A DNA stretch of 64,000 nucleotides from a virus, in IMG/VR virus record IMGVR_UViG_3300013125_000002. One strand, written 5' to 3'. The notes beneath the pieces were generated by a model. It had not been told where the DNA came from. It did not search any database and saw only the letters and a list, made by a program, of their open reading frames with translations. Within the stretch, counting starts at the first letter, position 1; each line of letters begins with the position of its first letter. Made by a program: the position numbers and the translations under genes. This document shows positions 57,389 through 64,000 of the stretch, piece by piece.

Positions 57389-58248
57389 TGGAGTCTCCGA
57401 ATCGCCTCGGTTGGATCGATATCACCGAGGATAAACCTACGACCTGTGGTTCGACAAGCTTGACCTGTGCTCCCACTGCCACAGAACGGGTCAAGTACAA
57501 CAGCGCCCTTGTTGGACGATTCTTTGATCAAGATCTCGAGCAGCTCGCGTGGTTTCTCCGTCGGATAGAATCCTTTGCCCTTGAGGCGTTTCACCGGGAT
57601 CACATCACCATATAGGTTGGTATTGAGCCGGCGATGCTTCCCCTTTCGGATCACCTTCTCAAGAAGAACGATCTTCTCAGACTGAGCTGGGTAGTGATAG
57701 CCCATTCCCTTGACTGTCTTGTCCCAAGTGATGTCCTTCCAGTACTTCAAGCCGGCCACAGCAATAGGGGCAAAGCCCTTGTGGTAGAGCTGTGGTTGAG
57801 TAATGAACTTCTCAACTGTTGGAGAGTATCCACAGCAAACAAGATCGCGTGTCTCTTGATCCAGGAACACATACACGTGTGTACCTGGTCTCAAAACTCG
57901 GTAGATCTCGTTGAACAGATCGAAGTACCTATGATTTGGGAAGGTCTCGAACCACTTGTTGGAAGACCCATTGGACACCTTGAGTCTGGTTGTTGATCCT
58001 ACTGCTCGCCACTTTTCCAAACTTTCGTAGGCAGGGTCTGTGATCACCAGATCGATGCAGCTATCAGGAAGCGCCCTCAGCAGCTCTACAGCATCAGCCT
58101 TGTAGATGTCCCCATCGGGGCAAATCCACTCGGGGATGAGCTTCTCTGCACAAGGTATGTCCCTAGTGGGTTCTAGAACCGAAGATGGTGCCTGGGCTGC
58201 ACTAGGAAGCTCATGGAAGGCGTTTCGACGGAAGGGTGTCCTCATCAC
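57385..58248 (-). CDS. N4-cytosine/N6-adenine DNA methyltransferase (beta class)
   Basis: ITDPAY catalytic motif before PTEKP and VLDPFCGSGST. Confidence 0.92.
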   Translation of the reverse strand: MMRTPFRRNAFHELPSAAQAPSSVLEPTRDIPCAEKLIPEWICPDGDIYKADAVELLRALPDSCIDLVITDPAYESLEKWRAVGSTTRLKVSNGSSNKWFETFPNHRYFDLFNEIYRVLRPGTHVYVFLDQETRDLVCCGYSPTVEKFITQPQLYHKGFAPIAVAGLKYWKDITWDKTVKGMGYHYPAQSEKIVLLEKVIRKGKHRRLNTNLYGDVIPVKRLKGKGFYPTEKPRELLEILIKESSNKGAVVLDPFCGSGSTGQACRTTGRRFILGDIDPTEAIRRLQ

Positions 58249-58565
58249 ACTTTCCAGTACCCGGGCGGTCTCTTGGGCTCTGGAGGCCCCTCAAATGGTT
58301 CCTTCGACGGCTCGTTACTGATTGGTTTTGGCAAGTGGTACTGCTCGAGGTGCTTCTGGTGTGCAATGTCAAGGTCTGTCTGTGACATCTGAAGAGCACA
58401 CTGCACTTGTGTCTCGATCTTCTCCAGTTGGGCTGCAATAGCTTCAACCACAAACCGTAAGGTAGTTCCTGGACTGAGATCTGCCTGAGGTATGTTCATC
58501 CTCAGGTTGTCAGAGATCTCGTTAGCTATCTGCCACGCACCCCGCTGTGGATAGAAGAACATCAA
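58245..58565 (-). CDS. small protein resembling a baseplate-J N-terminal segment
   Basis: QIANEISDNLR...DLSPGTTLRFVVEAIA. Confidence 0.5.
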   Translation of the reverse strand: MMFFYPQRGAWQIANEISDNLRMNIPQADLSPGTTLRFVVEAIAAQLEKIETQVQCALQMSQTDLDIAHQKHLEQYHLPKPISNEPSKEPFEGPPEPKRPPGYWKV

Positions 58566-59344
58566 GCAGCCTCCAAGATCATGTTTGCCCAGTCGTAGAG
58601 CCCAGCATGGAAACCAGCGGCCTGAAGAGCATCTCGGGTAGCTGGTCCTGGGATGCCGTCCTCAGGCACACCTAGTTTGCGCTGCAAGTTCTTCCAGGTC
58701 TTCACATCCTCTTTAAGTTCGAAGTTGAAGATCTTGAAGCCTGCCTTCTGTAGAGCTTCGAAGACGTGATTGCTAGGATCGTATTGCTTCTGGTTGTATT
58801 GGTGGCAGTGCCCAAAGACGCCAATAGTGTCTGTGCCTCCCTTGGCAACTCGAGAGATGACATGGTTGTAGTAAGGATCAGGCATCTGCTTCTGGATGCC
58901 GAACCGCTCGCAGAGCCATGTTGTCAACAGTACTGCTGTCTGCATCTGGGATTCGAAGATCAGACCATGTTCATCTTCGAACATCTCGATCCCAACGCTG
59001 ACCTCATTGACCGTGGAGGCATGGTAAGTGGCGTCGAAGAGTAAGTCAGCATGGCAGGTCACTGAGCCATCCCAATCAACCACCAGGTGGGCTCCTGCAT
59101 GTGCAGGAGAGGTTGACCAGAACTTCGCAACTTTCTCGCCAATGTCCTTGTATGGACCCCTGGCGAGCTTCAGCTGAGTGGGAATGTTCTTGGTGTTGTG
59201 CCAGACGATTGATCTCACCCAGCGGGTGACTCGCTCCCGCATGTCGTCTCCGGCACGTAGTTTCAGCACCGGCTGGTCTTTGTAGTTGGTGATGTTGAGG
59301 CCAGGGACGGGAACTTGTTTTCCTCCGATGATCAAGCCAGGCAT
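58562..59344 (-). CDS. N-acetylmuramoyl-L-alanine amidase endolysin with PG-binding domain
   Basis: IVWHNT, GAHLVVD, SVGIE, GHC..DP; LQRKLG..DGIPGPATRDAL. Confidence 0.9.
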   Translation of the reverse strand: MPGLIIGGKQVPVPGLNITNYKDQPVLKLRAGDDMRERVTRWVRSIVWHNTKNIPTQLKLARGPYKDIGEKVAKFWSTSPAHAGAHLVVDWDGSVTCHADLLFDATYHASTVNEVSVGIEMFEDEHGLIFESQMQTAVLLTTWLCERFGIQKQMPDPYYNHVISRVAKGGTDTIGVFGHCHQYNQKQYDPSNHVFEALQKAGFKIFNFELKEDVKTWKNLQRKLGVPEDGIPGPATRDALQAAGFHAGLYDWANMILEAA

Positions 59345-60873
59345 CGCTTCTTTTTCCTCTCTTCGACAAGATCGAGAACTTCGATGATGAAGCAGTCCTG
59401 TGACCGCATCTCGTTGATCCTCTGAAGGCTATGCTTCAGAAGATGCTTGTTCTGGAAGTCAGCTGTCTCGATGATGTGCAGGTACTCCGACTTACCACCC
59501 TTCCGAAGCCCTCGACCTATTCTTTGGAGCAAGCTGATCTTGGACTTGCCTCCTGCAGCCAATCCCAACACATCGATGTTGGGCAAGTCAACACCTTCGC
59601 TCAAGATGTTGGTTGTGATCAGGATTCTGGTGTCGCCCTTGCGGAAGTCCTCGAGCGCTTGCGTGCGAACGTCCATGGGCTCCTCCCCCGTGATGAACTG
59701 GTGCGGGTAGAAGGAACCCTTACGAAATGACCAGAACTTCTTGTCGAGAAGCTCACCGTGTGTGATCTCATCCACGATCACAAGCGCACTGAGTCCTTGA
59801 TCTACGAAGAGTGTCACTGCCTCGCACATGTCTGTGTTACGATAGACATTCTCAACAATACCCAACCGGTGGGCATCCTTGTATGGGAGGGTTGCTGGGA
59901 GAAGAGGCTTTGTGATCTTGAGTATGTGAACGAATGGCTGAAGACTGATGTCTCGTTCGATCAGCTCCTTATTGGTGACTCGGTAGATGAGAGGTCCTGT
60001 CACCCCGACCAACCGAAGGTCGGCTCCGTCAGAGCGGTCCAGGGGCGTTCCACTGAGACCAAATCGGTAGAAGGCACCACACGCACGTGAGACCAAATAC
60101 CAGGTGTCTGATCCTTGGTGGTGACACTCATCGACAATGAGCAGCTGGATGCTCTTCAGAAAGTCGCGACAAACTGGCTGTGCCAGTCTAGCGCTGAGCG
60201 TGTCTGCTGTAGCGACAGTGACCCAAGGTTTAGGCTCCCAGTGATTGTCTCCAATGATCCCAATCAGCGAGAGTGGCACTCCAAACCGCTTCGCCAGAGC
60301 TTTCTGCGTCTGGTAGAGCAGAAGACGATTCGGAACCATGAAGAGCGTAGGTACTTTCAGGGCCATGATCACCAGAGCAGCAATGGTGGTCTTGCCGCCA
60401 TTCGTGGCCACACCCACAACACCTCGCTGCTTCTTGATCATCTCCGCTGCACAGGCCGGTTGATAGTCGTATGGGTAGTCGAAGATTGCATCGACCAATG
60501 AGATTTTGGTCACATCCTGGTGACTCGCTGTCGGGCAGTAACGCTTGTCATCGACAGAGACACGTACTTTCTGATCTTTCAGTGCATCATAGACGACTTG
60601 AACCAACCCAGCCGGGAAGGTGCGTTTGACTCGGTGGAACAGCTTGACTCGCCCGTCCCAGATGCCGGCTCGGAACTTCTTGGTGAACCTGTAGCCGGGC
60701 TGAAAGTAGGAGGTAGCATCCACGACTGTTGAGAGGGGGTAGGTGCCCTCCAGACGTGCATCAGTGCCTTCGATCACAATGGTGCAGTTGTATTGCCTAC
60801 CAATGGCCTCAGTCGCCTTGAGCTTGCTCTTATGCAGCAGTTCGGCGTATTTAACTGATCTTTTCACTACCAA
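59332..60873 (-). CDS. UvsW-like SF2 helicase
   Basis: WDGRVKLF, ATNGGKT, VDECHH, GLSGTP, EGVDLP, QRIGRGLR. Confidence 0.93.
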   Translation of the reverse strand: MVVKRSVKYAELLHKSKLKATEAIGRQYNCTIVIEGTDARLEGTYPLSTVVDATSYFQPGYRFTKKFRAGIWDGRVKLFHRVKRTFPAGLVQVVYDALKDQKVRVSVDDKRYCPTASHQDVTKISLVDAIFDYPYDYQPACAAEMIKKQRGVVGVATNGGKTTIAALVIMALKVPTLFMVPNRLLLYQTQKALAKRFGVPLSLIGIIGDNHWEPKPWVTVATADTLSARLAQPVCRDFLKSIQLLIVDECHHQGSDTWYLVSRACGAFYRFGLSGTPLDRSDGADLRLVGVTGPLIYRVTNKELIERDISLQPFVHILKITKPLLPATLPYKDAHRLGIVENVYRNTDMCEAVTLFVDQGLSALVIVDEITHGELLDKKFWSFRKGSFYPHQFITGEEPMDVRTQALEDFRKGDTRILITTNILSEGVDLPNIDVLGLAAGGKSKISLLQRIGRGLRKGGKSEYLHIIETADFQNKHLLKHSLQRINEMRSQDCFIIEVLDLVEERKKKRCLA

Positions 60874-61442
60874 CGCGCCTTTCGTTGCCTGCGCTCGAGC
60901 GCTTTCTTGAAGGGGCTCTTAGGTGGCTCCTTGGGGTCCTGTTTCTCAGAGACCACCTGGGCAGGTTTTGCTCCTGGTGCCCCCAGCAGCTCCACGTCAC
61001 CATCAGTCATGAACACAATCTCACGAGAGTACTTGTGTGCCCAAGACATTGCAGCTTTGTGGAGGCAGTATCGAACCTGGCTTGCATCCAGTGGATCTTT
61101 GTAGGCGTGTTCAAGGTGATGCTCGACATTGACGATCTGATAGTCTCGTTCGACCCGCTGATCCACTACACGAGATAGGTTCTCGATCAGAAAGTCAGCA
61201 TTGCAGGATGGGCCAAGCTCGGTGAAGATTCGATCTGATACCCGTTGCCCTTGGCGCATGAAATCCCAGGCCCTAGCCACAGCCCAGTACTGAAGAGGTT
61301 TGTGAGGTGTACTGACTTCCTGGCACCAAAGCTCAACCCAATACATGGGGAGCTTGGAGAACGACTTCTTCAAGCCTACGCCGACGATCTTCAATGCTTT
61401 GATAGGATCAAACTTCGCCATGGTACACGTCCAGCCATGCAC
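60867..61442 (-). CDS. hypothetical protein (likely start MAKFDP)
   Basis: First gene after promoter copy 3. Confidence 0.65.
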   Translation of the reverse strand: MHGWTCTMAKFDPIKALKIVGVGLKKSFSKLPMYWVELWCQEVSTPHKPLQYWAVARAWDFMRQGQRVSDRIFTELGPSCNADFLIENLSRVVDQRVERDYQIVNVEHHLEHAYKDPLDASQVRYCLHKAAMSWAHKYSREIVFMTDGDVELLGAPGAKPAQVVSEKQDPKEPPKSPFKKALERRQRKARW

Positions 61443-61460
61443 ACCTGTGCGGTCCCTATC

Positions 61461-61492
61461 TTATAATACGAACGAGGGTACCTACTCGGACA
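61461..61492 (-). promoter_or_regulatory. putative phage-sigma promoter, copy 3
   Basis: TGTCC-15 nt-TTCGTATTATAA. Confidence 0.7.
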
Positions 61493-61963
61493 TCAAGGCA
61501 GAATTAACTTGCTCTGGGCTGGTTCCTGAGTCGGTTCAGGGGCTCGACCTGACAGGAAAAACGACTCCCCTGGGGTGAACCGAAGGACTTCCCCCCGCAA
61601 CTTGACTCGGTTCCATCCTCCCAGGTTCATGTTGATGACTCGAGGGGTTCTGAAGTCCTTCCAGAACACCCCCGCCCCCATCCCAGGTAGGTTGCGCTTT
61701 CTGAAGTAGAGCAGAACAAGATCAACATACCTGGGTAGCACCTGCTCGAAGAGAGCATGGAGCCGCTTGGCCACTGTCTCCATGCAGTTCTGCCCCACGT
61801 GGCAGGAGTGATCTTCACGAAGACAAATGAGCGGCTCGATCCGCTCGTACTTCTCTCGGTATAGAAAGCACTCAGGTAGGAGATCTTCCAGCTTCCAGAA
61901 CGCTGTCTTGCTAGAGAGAAGTAGGAAGTACATCAACTCCTTGGGCTTGATCACCTGTTCCAC
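61493..61963 (-). CDS. hypothetical protein
   Basis: GAGGAG SD. Confidence 0.65.
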   Translation of the reverse strand: MEQVIKPKELMYFLLLSSKTAFWKLEDLLPECFLYREKYERIEPLICLREDHSCHVGQNCMETVAKRLHALFEQVLPRYVDLVLLYFRKRNLPGMGAGVFWKDFRTPRVINMNLGGWNRVKLRGEVLRFTPGESFFLSGRAPEPTQEPAQSKLILP

Positions 61964-61976
61964 CAGTAAGCTCTCC

Positions 61977-62426
61977 TCAGTTCTTGTACTTCACCACCAA
62001 AACCACTCCCAGCACAAGAGCCACAAGTGTTGCTGCCCCAGCAGCTCCCCAAGACAACCAACTGCCAAAGCTAGGCTTCTCCTCGCACTCGTGTCGAAGA
62101 CGGTTCTCTTCGGTCCACTTTGCTGAAAGTCGCACTCGATCCTGCTGAAGCAGGGTAATCTGGTTGTCCTTTGACTTCAGCTCTTCTTCTCGAGCCTTCA
62201 TGATCTGCTTGTAGCTGTCGATCTCCAACTTGAGTTTGGGGAAAGCTTGATCATAGAACTCGAGATCTACATCCATCTTGAGGAGAACCTTCACCTCCTC
62301 AAGGGTGTAGCCTTGATAGGTTTTGTCCTGGACCTGAATCCGGGTGCCTTTGGGGGCCTTGTATAGAGGTCTCCCGACAGCTGGGGTTACTAGAGACAAG
62401 ATCAGAAGAATTGAAAGTGCTCGCAT
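61977..62426 (-). CDS. secreted coiled-coil protein with C-terminal TM helix (spanin-like)
   Basis: Signal peptide, coiled coil, C-terminal hydrophobic helix. Confidence 0.5.
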   Translation of the reverse strand: MRALSILLILSLVTPAVGRPLYKAPKGTRIQVQDKTYQGYTLEEVKVLLKMDVDLEFYDQAFPKLKLEIDSYKQIMKAREEELKSKDNQITLLQQDRVRLSAKWTEENRLRHECEEKPSFGSWLSWGAAGAATLVALVLGVVLVVKYKN

Positions 62427-62429
62427 GGG

Positions 62430-62867
62430 TCACCTGATGATCTCGTCAAGATCCTCCCAACTCGTGATCTTGTCAATCTTCTGATTCTCAGCCCTTCGCT
62501 TGTCCTCAAGTACTACGATCTCTTTGGTCAGAGTATCGATCTTCTTCTGATGCTCAACTACCTGGGCCTGAAAAGCACGTTGTTGTTCTTGTTCGGCAGT
62601 GACTTTGGCGTCGATCTCTGCCTGCAGTCGGGCCTCAGCTTCCTTGTCCAGCTGGTGTTTGAGCTGTGCGATCTCACGCCCTTTCTTCCACGCCTCATAG
62701 GCAGCAAAAGCCAAGGTAACGAACACGATCACGGCAGCGATAACAGCCATGACCCAACCCCAGGGCTGGCCTTGTTGCTGGCTCTCTTCCTTCTTCTGCT
62801 GCACCCAAGCCAGAAGACCCTTCAGGGTCTCTTGATCAACCTTTTCTTCCTTCTTGTCCTCAGCCAT
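62430..62867 (-). CDS. membrane-anchored coiled-coil protein (i-spanin-like)
   Basis: Single TM helix followed by a long coiled coil. Confidence 0.5.
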   Translation of the reverse strand: MAEDKKEEKVDQETLKGLLAWVQQKKEESQQQGQPWGWVMAVIAAVIVFVTLAFAAYEAWKKGREIAQLKHQLDKEAEARLQAEIDAKVTAEQEQQRAFQAQVVEHQKKIDTLTKEIVVLEDKRRAENQKIDKITSWEDLDEIIR

Positions 62868-63307
62868 CAGAGATCTCCACCGATCTTCTCATCGTTCACA
62901 ACAATTGCTTCAAGCAATGCCCGAAGCACAGCCCCAGTGCTAGTGTTGTAGCAAGCAGGAAGACTGTTGAGAACTGTATCGATCTTGGTCCGGTGCATGG
63001 TCCAAGTAGTCTCAAGTGCATCGAGAGGATCGCCAACAACATCGTAGCGACGATCAGCCAGCAACTGGAACTTGTAGCGCTGACCGTGGGTCAGACCTTT
63101 GACCTCCAAGATCAAGAACTCGCTGGTGCGCGAAACAGATGGGCGAACCGCATGAACAACACCATTCGTACCCCCCGAGAGGCAGGTCACCAGGTAGCTT
63201 GAGAGCGTGTCAGCTCGGTAAGACACGAGCTTGCCTGTGAACTCGATGAGCAGACAATCTCGAGCCACTACAAGCAAGCTTTTGATCTTTACTGAGCTGT
63301 AGGCCAT
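62867..63307 (-). CDS. probable virion/baseplate-associated protein
   Basis: Ig-like beta strands; C-terminal LNSLP..Y...VLRALLEAI resembles baseplate wedge proteins. Confidence 0.45.
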   Translation of the reverse strand: MAYSSVKIKSLLVVARDCLLIEFTGKLVSYRADTLSSYLVTCLSGGTNGVVHAVRPSVSRTSEFLILEVKGLTHGQRYKFQLLADRRYDVVGDPLDALETTWTMHRTKIDTVLNSLPACYNTSTGAVLRALLEAIVVNDEKIGGDL

Positions 63308-63318
63308 GTGCCTCTACC

Positions 63319-64000
63319 TTAGAAGGTCTGTGCAAAGAGCAGGTGTGCAGTGTTGGTTCGTGTTCTGCGGTAACTGTGCCCCCCACCCTGCCCCCCAAGG
63401 ACACCTGAGTTACTAGGGACAGTGGGTGTGCCATCTGTCTTCTTCTTGTATGTACCGGTTGCACCTGCTCCACCGCTGCTCCCTGCGCTACCGGCAGACC
63501 CAGGTGCGGTTGCGCTTCCTCCTGCTCCGCCACCTCCTGCGCCACCTCCGGTGAGCACGCGGGTCGGTTCTGTGCCCAACGCACCGGCAGATTCGCCGTA
63601 GAGCAGTTTGATGCGTCCGCCGCTGCCACCACCGCCTCCGTCTCCACCCTTCCCACCGTTCGCGTTAGGGTTGTCATCTCCTGCACCACCCAACCCGCCA
63701 GGCCCTCCGGCTCCGCCTGTCCCACCACTACCACCATCGGCATTGATCGTACTTCCGTTAGCTTCGATCCGTGGAGCCTTCAGCTCTACACAACCTCCTG
63801 CGCCGCCACCGGCACCATTACCTCCACCGCCACCCCCACCGCCTCCGTCTTGGAGGGCAGTTCCGCCTTGCCCTCCGGTTCGACCAGCGCCACCAGTGCT
63901 GCCGTTGCTTCCACTAACCGAGATGATCCCACTGAAGATGATGAGTCGTGTTGCATCAAGCAAAACACGACCACCACCGTTACCCCCATTACCTCCAGTA
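63319..64000 (-). CDS. glycine-rich tail fibre/virion protein, C-terminal part (truncated by the window)
   Basis: GGGGSGGRIKL-type glycine-rich repeats. Confidence 0.7.
   Translation of the reverse strand, partial: TGGNGGNGGGRVLLDATRLIIFSGIISVSGSNGSTGGAGRTGGQGGTALQDGGGGGGGGGNGAGGGAGGCVELKAPRIEANGSTINADGGSGGTGGAGGPGGLGGAGDDNPNANGGKGGDGGGGGSGGRIKLLYGESAGALGTEPTRVLTGGGAGGGGAGGSATAPGSAGSAGSSGGAGATGTYKKKTDGTPTVPSNSGVLGGQGGGHSYRRTRTNTAHLLFAQTF

Noticed and set aside
42-63202. Long plus-strand ORFs (e.g. 39209..40408, 41572..42912, 10212..11114)
   Set aside because: Antisense shadows of well-supported minus-strand genes; no recognisable motifs
1-64000. Genome-wide stop codon reassignment
   Set aside because: TAA, TAG and TGA all terminate conserved genes at the expected positions with normal coupling
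1-64000. CRISPR array, full tRNA genes, integrase, reverse transcriptase/retron/DGR
   Set aside because: None seen by eye; tRNAscan/Infernal would be needed to exclude atypical RNAs. RNase H is explained by primer removal, since PolA lacks a 5' nuclease domain
63400-64000. GGN-rich repeats
   Set aside because: Glycine-rich tail protein coding sequence, not a DNA repeat element

Overview
A 64 kb segment of a large, probably contractile-tailed dsDNA phage genome of unknown host; spanin-like genes suggest a Gram-negative host. Essentially all genes are on the minus strand, and the plus-strand ORFs look like shadows. Read in transcription order (right to left), it holds: (1) the end of a tail/baseplate module and lysis genes; (2) UvsW-like helicase, amidase and DNA methyltransferase; (3) a putative replication initiator/origin, DnaB helicase and primase; (4) a block of small, probably early genes; (5) a CobS/CobT-like AAA+/vWA pair and a phage sigma factor; (6) a T4-like recombination-dependent replication set (PolA, UvsY, gp32-like SSB, RecA, SbcCD, dNMP kinase, intein-containing ThyX, RuvC); (7) a coupled radical SAM / glycosyltransferase / methyltransferase / PIG-L deacetylase / ParB cassette directly upstream of a lambda-GpA-type terminase; (8) MazG, RNase H and a putative TerS; (9) a largely non-coding, possibly terminal/packaging region. 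The most notable observations are the packaging-linked putative sugar hypermodification cassette, two short linear peptide motifs shared by the termini of many unrelated phage proteins (R-[TQ]-P-[VFMY] and [RK]-x-x-[AGST]-[YF]-W), a dispersed palindrome GRTTCTAGAAY, a three-copy bipartite phage promoter, and a structured leader RNA containing a tRNA-Tyr-like mini-helix. All calls come from motif recognition by eye; no database searches were run.
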